Assembly (NCBI GenBank): GCA_005887735.1
Contig: VBII01000094.1
Location: forward strand, 1 to 39,919
DNA from: Chloroflexota bacterium
GTDB lineage: Bacteria; Chloroflexota; Dormibacteria; Dormibacterales; Dormibacteraceae
Direction: 5' to 3'
Length of the DNA stretch: 39,919 bases
In this document: positions 1-8,043 of the stretch, one piece after another
Position numbering within the stretch: the first letter of the stretch is position 1
Layout: every line of letters begins with the position of its first letter
Translations under genes and position numbers: made by a program
Notes under the pieces: model-generated
Seen by the model: only the letters and a program-made list of their open reading frames with translations
Told to the model about the DNA's origin: nothing
Databases searched by the model: none

Positions 1-2
1 CC

Positions 3-1064
3 GCGACCCGGAATGTTCCCAGCGGCAATCCCTCCAGCCCGCACGCGGAAGGGCGCGGGGCCCGCGGGGCGCTCGATGGCGCGCGTGACCTGGCGGCCGA
101 GGCGCTGAGCGCAAGCCGGACCGAGGTGACGTTCGTCTCATCGGGAACCGAGGCGATCAACCTTGCCCTGTTTGGGGCTGCGGCCCGGCTGCCGATAAGC
201 GCGCGGATCGTGACGTGGTCGGCGGAGCATCAGGCGGTACTGGGCGCCGTGCGCAGGCTGCAGGCATTGGGCCGCGACGTGATGGTGGCCGGCGTCGATG
301 GCACGGCGACGGTGGACGTGGATGCGATCACTCATGGCACGGGGTTGGTTTCGGTTGGGCTGGCCAACAACGAGGTGGGCACCATGCAGCCCGTCGCCCG
401 CGTGATCGCGCGCGCGCACGAAGTCGGCGCGCTGGTCCACGTCGACGCGTGCGCCGGCCTGCGATGGATCGCGGCCCCGGCCGGAGCGGACCTGATCTCG
501 ATCAGTGGCCACAAGCTCGGGGCGGGCCGCGGCGGGTTGCTCCTGGTGCGCGACGGCGTGCGGATCGATCCGCTTTTCTTCGGCGGTCCTCAGGAGTGGG
601 GCCGGAGGGCGGGCCAGGAAGATGCGACGTCCGCGGTGGCATTAGCCGTCGCCCTGGCGGCTGTCCGCGCCGGCCGTGAGGCTCACGCGCTCGTGGCAGG
701 GCGTCAGGCCGGCACATTGCGGACGGCGCTGCTCGAGTTCGACGGAACCATCACCGGCGCCGAGCCACGTCTGCCCAACTTCGCCACCTGCGCGTTTGCG
801 GGCCGGCGCGGCGAAGATGTGCTGCTCGCCTTGGACCTCGCTGGCGTGGCCGCGTCGAGCGGTTCGGCGTGCGCATCGGGTTCGCTCGACCCATCGCACG
901 TGCTGCTTGCGATGGGACTGAGCATGGACCAGGCGCTCGGCAGCCTGCGCCTCACCACTGGATACGCGACGACGGATGACGAGATCGCAAGCGCCATCGG
1001 CGTGCTCCGCACTGTTCTGAGTCGAACGCCCGCGAGTGCCTACAGGTCTGGACAGGGTGCCTAG
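3..1064 (+). CDS. cysteine desulfurase (NifS/IscS-like class V aminotransferase), 5' end outside window
   Basis: The frame is open from the window edge: '...GNPSSPHAEGRGARGALD...' lies upstream of the listed GTG at 126. PLP-lysine motif 'SGHKLGAGRGG' and active-site loop 'SSGSACASGS' are present. Confidence 0.85.
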   Translation, partial: ATRNVPSGNPSSPHAEGRGARGALDGARDLAAEALSASRTEVTFVSSGTEAINLALFGAAARLPISARIVTWSAEHQAVLGAVRRLQALGRDVMVAGVDGTATVDVDAITHGTGLVSVGLANNEVGTMQPVARVIARAHEVGALVHVDACAGLRWIAAPAGADLISISGHKLGAGRGGLLLVRDGVRIDPLFFGGPQEWGRRAGQEDATSAVALAVALAAVRAGREAHALVAGRQAGTLRTALLEFDGTITGAEPRLPNFATCAFAGRRGEDVLLALDLAGVAASSGSACASGSLDPSHVLLAMGLSMDQALGSLRLTTGYATTDDEIASAIGVLRTVLSRTPASAYRSGQGA

Positions 1065-1668
1065 CGTCGAGGAAGAGCTCGCGCAACGCCTCGGCCGCGG
1101 CGAGGAGGTCGTGCTCGCCACCGTCATCAAGCTGGACGGCGAGCCACCTTCCCAACCAGGGGCCAAGCTGCTGATGTCGCGCACCGCGCCGATTGCCGGA
1201 ACGCTCGGCTGCAGCGAGTTCGACTCGGCGGCGGTCGCCGACGCGGATGCGATCGCCGCAGGCGGATCGCCACAGCTCCGCACGTACCGCCACGACCTCG
1301 GCTCGATCGAGGTCTACCTCGAGCCGTATGCGGCCTCCCCGACCCTGGTCATCTTCGCCGCCACGCCGGTGGCCCGGGCGCTGGCGGGTTGGGCGCCCGA
1401 GCTTGGCTTCCGCACGGTGGCCCTCGAGGCGGTGCTGCCGCTCAATCCCCGGTTCATCGGGCTCGTCGGCAGCCGCCGCCACACCGGCCACCACCTCGAG
1501 GCGCTGCGCGCGAAGGGGGTGTCCGACGACGTGATCTCCCGCATCCAGAGCCCGGTTGGCCTCGACCTCGGCGGAAGGACGGCCGCGGAGATCGCGCTGT
1601 CGATTCTGGCGGGCCTCGTGGCCGTCCGGAGGGGCGGCAAAGCGGGCTGGAAATCAAGGATCGGTTAA
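1036..1668 (+). CDS. XdhC/CoxI-family molybdenum cofactor insertion accessory protein, unusually short
   Basis: The N-terminus 'VVLATVIKLDGEPPSQPGAKLLM' and the C-terminus 'FIGLVGSRRHTGHHLEALRAKGV...SPVGLDLGGRTAAEIALSILAGLVAVRRG' fit the XdhC N- and C-domains. The start is ATG 1036 or GTG 1057, and both overlap the upstream gene end. Confidence 0.7.
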   Translation: MPTGLDRVPSVEEELAQRLGRGEEVVLATVIKLDGEPPSQPGAKLLMSRTAPIAGTLGCSEFDSAAVADADAIAAGGSPQLRTYRHDLGSIEVYLEPYAASPTLVIFAATPVARALAGWAPELGFRTVALEAVLPLNPRFIGLVGSRRHTGHHLEALRAKGVSDDVISRIQSPVGLDLGGRTAAEIALSILAGLVAVRRGGKAGWKSRIG

Positions 1669-1710
1669 GGCGAACTGAGTTCGAATAGTCCAACCGCATA
1701 ATCAGCGATC

Positions 1711-3567
1711 GTGTCAGTCGCGCCGGGGACCAAGCTGGGGCAGTACGAGGTCCAGGACTTCATCGGCCAGGGAGCGATGGGTCTGGTCTACCGCGCCTAT
1801 CACACGCAGCTGGAGCGCATCGGCGCGGTCAAGGTGATGCAGGCGATCACACCCGACGCGGACACTGTGGCTCGGTTCCGCCACGAGGCGCAGGCGATCG
1901 CCAAGCTGCGCCACCCGAACATCGTCGACGTCTACGACTTCGGCGAGTTCGAGGGAACGCCGTACATGATCGTCGAGTACGTGCCCGGCGGCAGCCTGGC
2001 CGGCCGGATGGGCCGCGGCAAGCTCGACCCTGCCACAGCGCTCAAGTACCTGCGTGGGATCGCTGCCGGGCTCGATTACGCCCATGACCACGGGATCGTG
2101 CATCGCGACGTCAAGCCGGCCAACGTCCTGCTGACCGAGGAGGACGCGCCGGTGCTGGCCGACTTCGGCCTGGCCAAGCTGCTCCAGGGCACGTCCTTGA
2201 AGTCGATGACGGGCGTCACCACCGGCACCCCGGCCTACATGGCCCCGGAGCAGGTCACGGGGAGCCGCGTGGGACCCGCCTCCGACCGCTACTCGCTCGC
2301 CACGATCGCGTACGAGATGCTCACCGGCGTCATCCCGTTCGACGGACAGGCGCTGATGGAGCTGCTGTATGCCCAGGTCCACCGGGAGCCGCCGGCGCCG
2401 AGCTCGCGCGAGCCGTCCCTCGGACCGCAGGTCGACGCCGTCGTCATGCGGGGACTGGCCAAGGACCCGGCGGGACGCTGGGAATCATCGACGGCCTTCG
2501 TGGACGCGCTCGCAGCGGCGCTGAGCGGCGTACAGGCCAACGGCTCGGCACCGACGATGGTGATGGCCACCCCATTCGCTTCGACCGTTCCCATAGCCCG
2601 CGCCGCGGTCGCGGAGCGAGTGGCCATGCCACCTCAGCCCGCCACGGTCGCGATGGCTTTTCCGGAGCCTTCACCTCCGGGCCCTGCAACGCCTTCGGCA
2701 AAGCCTCGGCGACGGCCAGGGCGGCGCGTGTTGATCGGCGTTGCCGCCGTGCTGCTCTTGCTGTTGGTGCTTGGGACGTGCGCGGTGCTGGCACAGGCGA
2801 CAACCCTCGATGTGACCCCGAACCGGGCGGCCCGCGGCGACACCGTGACGGTCCGGTCGACTCACGTCCCGGCGAACCAGGCGGGCGAGATCCAGTTGTG
2901 GAGCGTCGTCCACACTTATCCGTTTCGCGCCGACTCCCGAGGAAACGTGACGCTCTATCTGACGGTGCCGCGCGACATCGCGCTCGGCGACCATGTCGTG
3001 AAGATCTGCTGGAGCAACTCGTGCCCCAAGCAGGCACCACTTGTCGTGGTGGCCGGCCTTGGGGAGGTGCAGCCGACGCCGGTCGCCAATCCAACTCCAG
3101 GCACGTCACCCACCCCAGGCGCGACACCGAGCCACGGTTCTACGCCCGGTCCTACCTCAACACCGACATCGAGACCAACATCAAATCCCACGTCCACTCC
3201 GACGGCGAGGCCGACACCAACATCCACGCCGCCACCGCCCAGCCCGACGCCGACCTCGAACCCCTGCCCCGGCAATTCGAGCACGCCGGCGCTGTCGCCT
3301 TCATCGCAGTCCATCCTCCTCAGCGGAGGCAACGCAAGCATCTCCGGGTCCAACTTCACGCCGAACAGCAACGTCACCCTGAGCTACTACGCTCCGAAAG
3401 GATCGTCCACGCCATACAAGACTTGGTCGGTCAAGACTTCGTGCGCGGGTGCGTTTCCAACGCAGACTTTCGCGACCAAGCCGACTTTGCTGGTGCGAGG
3501 CGACAATGTGGTCGTTTGCGATGTCGCCAAGGGCTGCGCCACGGCGACGATCAACATCGTCCTCTAG
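1711..3567 (+). CDS. Hanks-type Ser/Thr protein kinase, single-pass membrane protein with extracellular beta domains
   Basis: Kinase motifs: G-loop 'GQGAMGLVYRA', 'AVKV', 'HRDVKPANVLL', 'DFGLAK', 'GTPAYMAPE'. One TM segment 'VLIGVAAVLLLLLVLGTCAVLA'. A Pro/Thr-rich linker separates two C-terminal domains. GTG start. Confidence 0.9.
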   Translation: MSVAPGTKLGQYEVQDFIGQGAMGLVYRAYHTQLERIGAVKVMQAITPDADTVARFRHEAQAIAKLRHPNIVDVYDFGEFEGTPYMIVEYVPGGSLAGRMGRGKLDPATALKYLRGIAAGLDYAHDHGIVHRDVKPANVLLTEEDAPVLADFGLAKLLQGTSLKSMTGVTTGTPAYMAPEQVTGSRVGPASDRYSLATIAYEMLTGVIPFDGQALMELLYAQVHREPPAPSSREPSLGPQVDAVVMRGLAKDPAGRWESSTAFVDALAAALSGVQANGSAPTMVMATPFASTVPIARAAVAERVAMPPQPATVAMAFPEPSPPGPATPSAKPRRRPGRRVLIGVAAVLLLLLVLGTCAVLAQATTLDVTPNRAARGDTVTVRSTHVPANQAGEIQLWSVVHTYPFRADSRGNVTLYLTVPRDIALGDHVVKICWSNSCPKQAPLVVVAGLGEVQPTPVANPTPGTSPTPGATPSHGSTPGPTSTPTSRPTSNPTSTPTARPTPTSTPPPPSPTPTSNPCPGNSSTPALSPSSQSILLSGGNASISGSNFTPNSNVTLSYYAPKGSSTPYKTWSVKTSCAGAFPTQTFATKPTLLVRGDNVVVCDVAKGCATATINIVL

Positions 3568-4847
3568 AAGACTTCGGCGGCCACCAGGTCGTCCAGAGTC
3601 TCCCGACGACGCATCACACGCGCTTCGCCATCACGAAGCATCAGCACCTCCGGCCTCGGCATGCCGTTGTAGTTGCTCGCCATCGCGAGGCAGTAGGCGC
3701 CCGCGGCAGGCACCGCGATCACATCACCGGGCGCCAGCGGCGGCATCGGAATGTCCGAGATGAGAATGTCGGTCGACTCGCAGTATTTGCCCGCGATCGT
3801 CACCTGTCCATCCGGTGAGCGATCGGGATCGGACGCCAGAAAGGCCTCGTATCGCGCGCCGTAGAGCTTCGGCCGGATGTTGTCGCCCATGCCGCCGTCC
3901 ACCGCCACGTAGCGGCGCACTCCTGGGATGTCCTTGATCGAACCAACCGTGTAGAGGGCCATGCCGGCCGGGCCCGCGATCGACCTGCCCGGCTCGACGA
4001 CGAGCTCCGGAACCTTGAGGTCCCGTCTCGCGCAACCCGATTCCAGCGCATGACGAATCGTCTCGACGAAATGACGCGGCGTCGGCGGATCGTCCTGCTG
4101 CGTGTACGCGATGCCCAGGCCGCCGCCTGCGCCGAGCTTTCTCGGCTCGAACCCGATCTCGGCGCGGAGCTCCGCCAGCAGGCCGAGCATGATGTCCATC
4201 GCCTGCTCGTACGCGCCAAGCGCGAAGATCTGCGACCCGATGTGCGAGTGCAGGCCGACGAGGTCCAGGCGCGGGTGCTGCAGCGCAGCTTCCACCGCCT
4301 TGCGCGCGGCGCCCGATTCGATCGAAAAACCGAACTTGGAGTCGAGCTGGCCGGTCGAAATGTGGTCGTGGGTGTCGGGCTTCACGCCTGGCGACAGTCG
4401 GAGCATCACCGGCGCGCGGTTGACTTCCGGCACGACGGTGCGCAGCAGGTCGAACTCGTGCTCGCCGTCGATGACGATGGTCGCCCCGGCGCCGTAAGCA
4501 GCTCTCAGGTCCTCAAGGCTCTTGTTGTTGCCTAGAAAGTGGATTCGGTCGGCCGGGAATCCGGACTTCAAGGCCAGGTGAAGCTCGCCCGCCGAGACGA
4601 CGTCGAGGCCGAGCCCAACTTCGGCGATCACGCGCAGAAACTGCGGCGAAGCGAACGCCTTCGCCGAATAGAGGACCTGTCCCGCACCTCCCATCGCCGC
4701 CACGTATTCGGACGCGCGCTGCCGCACTGTCGCTTCGTCGTAGACGTATAGAGGTGTTCCGTGTTTGCGGGCAAGCTCGACGAGATCGCAGCCACCCACC
4801 TCCATGTGGCCGGCGGCGTTGACCCGGTACGTCACCGGGAAAAGCAA
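3564..4847 (-). CDS. lysA: diaminopimelate decarboxylase
   Basis: 'GTPLYVYDE', PLP-lysine context 'YSAKAF', 'GAGGGLGIAY' and 'GKYCESTD' are present. Length 427 aa. The TTG start lies 9 nt after the FmdB stop. Confidence 0.9.
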   Translation of the reverse strand: MLFPVTYRVNAAGHMEVGGCDLVELARKHGTPLYVYDEATVRQRASEYVAAMGGAGQVLYSAKAFASPQFLRVIAEVGLGLDVVSAGELHLALKSGFPADRIHFLGNNKSLEDLRAAYGAGATIVIDGEHEFDLLRTVVPEVNRAPVMLRLSPGVKPDTHDHISTGQLDSKFGFSIESGAARKAVEAALQHPRLDLVGLHSHIGSQIFALGAYEQAMDIMLGLLAELRAEIGFEPRKLGAGGGLGIAYTQQDDPPTPRHFVETIRHALESGCARRDLKVPELVVEPGRSIAGPAGMALYTVGSIKDIPGVRRYVAVDGGMGDNIRPKLYGARYEAFLASDPDRSPDGQVTIAGKYCESTDILISDIPMPPLAPGDVIAVPAAGAYCLAMASNYNGMPRPEVLMLRDGEARVMRRRETLDDLVAAEVF

Positions 4848-4856
4848 ATTAGCCGG

Positions 4857-5102
4857 CTAGTTCGGGCTCGAGCCGCAGGAGCCGCACCCGCCGCCGCAGC
4901 AGCCGCCGCCGCCAGTCTCCGCCGCGAAGTCGGAAGCTGAAGACGTGTCGCCGCTGCCGGCGAAGGCGAAGCTCGAGACGAGCACCCTGGTCTTGGTCGA
5001 CTCGCACGCAGGGCATACCTGCGCCGAGTCGCGCTCCGCGAACCGGGTGAGGAGCTCGAACTTCTCGGTGCAGCTCTCGCACCGATACTCGTAGATGGGC
5101 AT
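4857..5102 (-). CDS. FmdB-family zinc-ribbon protein (CxxC_CxxC_SSSS) with Gly/Cys-rich tail
   Basis: This is the 81-aa tail of the listed 261-aa ORF starting 'MPIYEYRCESCTEKFELL...VCPACES'. ATG is at 5102-5100. The C-terminus is 'GGGGCCGGGCGSCGSSPN'. Confidence 0.85.
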   Translation of the reverse strand: MPIYEYRCESCTEKFELLTRFAERDSAQVCPACESTKTRVLVSSFAFAGSGDTSSASDFAAETGGGGCCGGGCGSCGSSPN

Positions 5103-5106
5103 CTCG

Positions 5107-5724
5107 ATGAATGATTCTAAGTTGTCTGAACTCGCGCGGATGATCGCGGCCTGGCCGGGGCTCGTGGCCGGCGACGCCCAGAGCCTCGTCGAAGACTCGC
5201 TGGTGCTCCTCGAGCACCTGGGGGAGGCGAAAACTCTGGTCGACGTCGGGGCCGGCGGCGGCCTGCCCGGAATCCCGCTCAAGCTCGCCCGGCCCGAGCT
5301 GGCCGTCACCCTCGTCGAGGCCGACCAGAACAAGGCCGCGTTCCTGGTCCGCGCCTGCGCCGAGCTCGGACTGCTCGACGTCGACGTCGTCGCGCGGCGG
5401 GCCGAGGATGTGGGGCAAGACGGGAAATACCGGGAGAAGTTCGATGTGGCTGTGGCCCGGGCCCTGGCGCCGATGCCGGTGCTGGCGGAGTTCTGCCTGC
5501 CGCTGGTCCGGGTCGGCGGAAGGTTGCTCGCGCAGAAAACGGAAGGGGAGGACCTGGAGGCAGCCCGGAACGCACTCGAGATACTTGGCGGATCTCTCAT
5601 CTCCGCACTGCCGGCGCCTTCCGCGGCGCGCGCGTCCGGCACGGTGGTCGTCGTCCATAAGAGCAGGCCGACCCCTGCGGGCTATCCCCGGCGTCCAGGA
5701 GTTCCGGCGCGCAAACCGCTCTGA
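5107..5724 (+). CDS. rsmG: 16S rRNA (guanine527-N7)-methyltransferase
   Basis: SAM motif 'LVDVGAGGGLPGIPLKLARPEL', 'RRAEDV', 'FDVAVARALAPMPVLAEF' and the tail 'YPRRPGVPARKPL' are present. ATG 5107 is preferred over 5095, which would overlap the divergent FmdB start. Confidence 0.85.
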   Translation: MNDSKLSELARMIAAWPGLVAGDAQSLVEDSLVLLEHLGEAKTLVDVGAGGGLPGIPLKLARPELAVTLVEADQNKAAFLVRACAELGLLDVDVVARRAEDVGQDGKYREKFDVAVARALAPMPVLAEFCLPLVRVGGRLLAQKTEGEDLEAARNALEILGGSLISALPAPSAARASGTVVVVHKSRPTPAGYPRRPGVPARKPL

Positions 5725-5790
5725 ACAAAATGCCAGGGACCGGCGTAGCGTTCTGTGTCACCGGACATCGCGAGCGAACGGAGGTGCAAC

Positions 5791-6237
5791 ATGCCCCGAG
5801 GATTCGAGGCGGTCAAGACAGTGACCATCCACGCAACAAAGCGCGAGGTGTGGGACGCCTTGACCAACCCCGAGAAGGTCACGCAGTACATGCATGGGAC
5901 AGAGATGTCGACGGACTGGAAAGAGGGCAGCCCGATCTTCTGGAGAGGTGAGTGGAAGGGCCGGCCATATGAGGACAAAGGCACCGTCCTGGCTGTCGAG
6001 CCACAAAAGCTCTTGAGGTACACGCACTGGAGCCCGATGGGCGGGAGCGAGGACAAGCCCGAGAACTACCACACCGTCACATGCGTCCTGGTCGGCGGCG
6101 ATGGCGAGACGACCCTGACCCTTACGCAAGACAACAACGCCACCCAGGAAGAGGCGGAAAAGATGGCCAACCAGAACTGGGGGCCGGTGATGGAGGGAGT
6201 AAAAGCGGTCGCCGAAAAGCCTTCACCTCCCCGCTAG
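5791..6237 (+). CDS. SRPBCC/AHSA1-family protein (activator of Hsp90 ATPase homolog 1-like fold)
   Basis: 'VTIHATKREVWDALTNPEKVTQYMHG...TLTLTQDNN...NWGPVMEGVK' is typical of YndB/AHSA1-like SRPBCC proteins. GGAGG (5780-5784) lies 6 nt upstream of ATG 5791. Confidence 0.75.
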   Translation: MPRGFEAVKTVTIHATKREVWDALTNPEKVTQYMHGTEMSTDWKEGSPIFWRGEWKGRPYEDKGTVLAVEPQKLLRYTHWSPMGGSEDKPENYHTVTCVLVGGDGETTLTLTQDNNATQEEAEKMANQNWGPVMEGVKAVAEKPSPPR

Positions 6238-6247
6238 CCCGGGAGGT

Positions 6248-6316
6248 CGGCAGCCAAAAGCTGCCGGGTGGGGCGACTCAAGCAATGAAGAACGGCGCGG
6301 GGCTCGAACCCGCGCC
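6248..6316 (+). terminator. two GC-rich hairpins downstream of the SRPBCC gene (candidate intrinsic terminators, no U-tract)
   Basis: CGGCAGC-caaaa-GCTGCCG at 6248-6266 and GGCGCGGG-gctcgaa-CCCGCGCC at 6294-6316. A third weaker hairpin, CCTCCC...GGGAGG at 6226-6246, spans the stop codon. Confidence 0.4.
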
Positions 6317-6377
6317 GCCTTCCTGGGGAGGCTGTACTGAGGCCGGCCGATAGGCCTTAACCTAGCCATGGGGTGGG

Positions 6378-6992
6378 ATCACGAGACTGAACCTCGTTCT
6401 GCGGGAGCGCCGCTTTTACGAACTCTTCAACCAGCAGGGCCAGTTCGTCCGCGAGGCACTCGATGAGCTCAGCCGTTCACTGAGCGATGGGCGGAGCCAT
6501 CACTCGACGCTGCGTGACATCGAGCATCGATGTGACGAGGTCACCCACGAGATCTATAACCTCACCAACCGCACATTCGTGCCTCCGATCGATCAGGAGG
6601 ACATCCTGATGCTCGCTCACTCGCTCGACGATGTGGTCGATCTGGCCGAAGAGGTGTCTGACAAGATCGAGCTGTACGGCGTTCGTTCTATAACCGACTC
6701 GGCGAAGAGCTTCGGTCAGTGCCTCGCGAAGGCCGGCACCGAGCTGGCTACGGCGCTCGAGCGATTCAGCGTTTCGCAAGACCTTGTTCCTGCCCTGGAG
6801 GAGATACACAGGCTCGAGAACGAAGGCGACGCCATAACGCGGCACGCCCTGCAAAAACTATTTGACCTGAACCATCAGACCGCCGCCGACCTGATCAAAT
6901 GGAAGGACCTCTACGCGCTGCTCGAGGCCACCCTGGATGAGTGTGAATCGGCCGCGGAAATCCTGGAATCGATCAGCATAAAGAAAGCCTGA
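6378..6992 (+). CDS. DUF47 (PhoU-like, TIGR00153) protein, paralog of 8742..9350, no canonical start codon
   Basis: The frame is open from 6366. It encodes 'LNLVLRERRFYELFNQQGQFVREALDEL...PPIDQEDILMLAHSLDDVVDLAEE...IHRLENEGD...KWKDLYALLEATLDECE', colinear with the paralog. The first ATG/GTG/TTG in frame is only at 6579. ATC 6378 and CTG 6387 are the only candidates near the expected N-terminus. Confidence 0.65.
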   Translation: MTRLNLVLRERRFYELFNQQGQFVREALDELSRSLSDGRSHHSTLRDIEHRCDEVTHEIYNLTNRTFVPPIDQEDILMLAHSLDDVVDLAEEVSDKIELYGVRSITDSAKSFGQCLAKAGTELATALERFSVSQDLVPALEEIHRLENEGDAITRHALQKLFDLNHQTAADLIKWKDLYALLEATLDECESAAEILESISIKKA

Positions 6993-7001
6993 GAGCCTGG
7001 G

Positions 7002-8024
7002 CTATTCGGCGGAAAGCAAGCCGCGCACTCGCCGCTTGATCTCATCGCGAATTTCCCTGACCGCCGAGATCTGGAGCCCGGCCGGATCGGGGAGGAGCCA
7101 ATCCTCGACTGGTACGGCAAAAACCGGGCAGTCTTCTTCTGCGCAGCCCATGGTGATGACCCTCGTGGCCGAGGCTCCGAGCTCGGCCGTGAGAACGCGA
7201 GGCCGGACATTGCTCAGGTCGATGCCAACCTCCAGCATCGCCGCTACCACCTCGGGATGGACGTTGTGTGCTGGGCGGGTGCCGGCCGATTCTCCGAGTA
7301 CTCGACCCTCCGAGAATCGATTCAGGAAAGCCGCGGCCATCTGGCTCCGGCCGGCGTTCTGCACGCACACAAACAGGACACGGGGCTTGCTCTCCTCCAG
7401 AACATCCAGACGGTAGCCGATTCCGCGCAGGGTAGTGATCCGCACCTGGCTCCCTTCGAGCTTGGGCCGCAGCCAGGCGACGTGCACGTCGACTGTCTTC
7501 GGTTCGCCCACGAAGCGGGTGCCCCAGGCTGCAGCGAGAATTCGATCTCGGCTCAACACGACGCCGCGATTCACCAAGAGAACCTGAAGCAAATCGAACT
7601 CGCGCGGCGCCAGCTGGACCTCGTGACCATCGACTTCCGCACGTCGCGCGCTGGAGTCCAAGCGTAGGCGACCGGCTCCCAGGCGTGTCCGCGATGGCGC
7701 CGGCGAAGCTTTTCTGAGAAGCGCCTGAATCTGAGCCGCGATCAGGTTCAACGTGCTACCGGTCGGCAACCACGCATCCGCTCCCATGGCAAGGCAAGTG
7801 GCTGCCACTCGCTCGTCCGAGCCCATCACCAGCAGCGGCGCCGCGGTTGCTCGCCGGACAGCCGCACTTCCGTCCAACAGGTCTGCACCTTGGAGGAGGA
7901 TCGCATCGGCGAATGGCTCTAGCTGGAGCCCATCGACGCTTCGGTGGGCGACCACGTCAATACCGCCGGCGCCGAGACTGCTCTTCAATTGAACCGTCGT
8001 GCCGGATGCGGCGCCGATGACCAC
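7002..8024 (-). CDS. three-domain regulator: degenerate receiver + OmpR/PhoB-type winged helix + ArsC/LMW-PTP domain
   Basis: The REC-like N-terminus lacks the acidic residues ('VVIGAASG', 'AILLQGADLLDG', 'ADAWLPTG'). The wHTH is 'REFDLLQVLLVNRGVVLSRDRILAAAWG...VDVHVAWLRPKL...LRGIGYRL'. The C-terminal domain has 'RVLFVCVQNAGRSQMAAAF', 'ITMGCAEEDCP' and 'PDPAG'. GTG start 20 nt after the phoU stop. Confidence 0.8.
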   Translation of the reverse strand: MVIGAASGTTVQLKSSLGAGGIDVVAHRSVDGLQLEPFADAILLQGADLLDGSAAVRRATAAPLLVMGSDERVAATCLAMGADAWLPTGSTLNLIAAQIQALLRKASPAPSRTRLGAGRLRLDSSARRAEVDGHEVQLAPREFDLLQVLLVNRGVVLSRDRILAAAWGTRFVGEPKTVDVHVAWLRPKLEGSQVRITTLRGIGYRLDVLEESKPRVLFVCVQNAGRSQMAAAFLNRFSEGRVLGESAGTRPAHNVHPEVVAAMLEVGIDLSNVRPRVLTAELGASATRVITMGCAEEDCPVFAVPVEDWLLPDPAGLQISAVREIRDEIKRRVRGLLSAE

Positions 8025-8043
8025 AACCCGGACGCGTGTCGAT

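Noticed and set aside
3064-3270. Repetitive-looking DNA (cc/ac-rich, recurring ccgac/acgcc units) that could be a tandem repeat array.
   Set aside because: It is the in-frame Pro/Thr/Ser-rich linker of the kinase ectodomain ('PTPGTSPTPGATPSHGSTPGPTSTPTSRPTSNPTSTPTARPTPTSTPPPPSPTPTS'). It is low-complexity coding sequence, with no exact repeat unit or spacers.
6294-6316. On the minus strand this hairpin reads GCGGG-TTCGAGC-CCCGC, a textbook tRNA T-arm, suggesting a tRNA or a tRNA 3' fragment (integration scar).
   Set aside because: I could not build an acceptor stem: the 3' flank GCCGTTC has no complementary GAACGGC upstream. No D-arm or anticodon arm fits in the 80 nt upstream, and no CCA is present. 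No integrase or mobile gene is nearby. It is most simply a GC-rich terminator-like hairpin.
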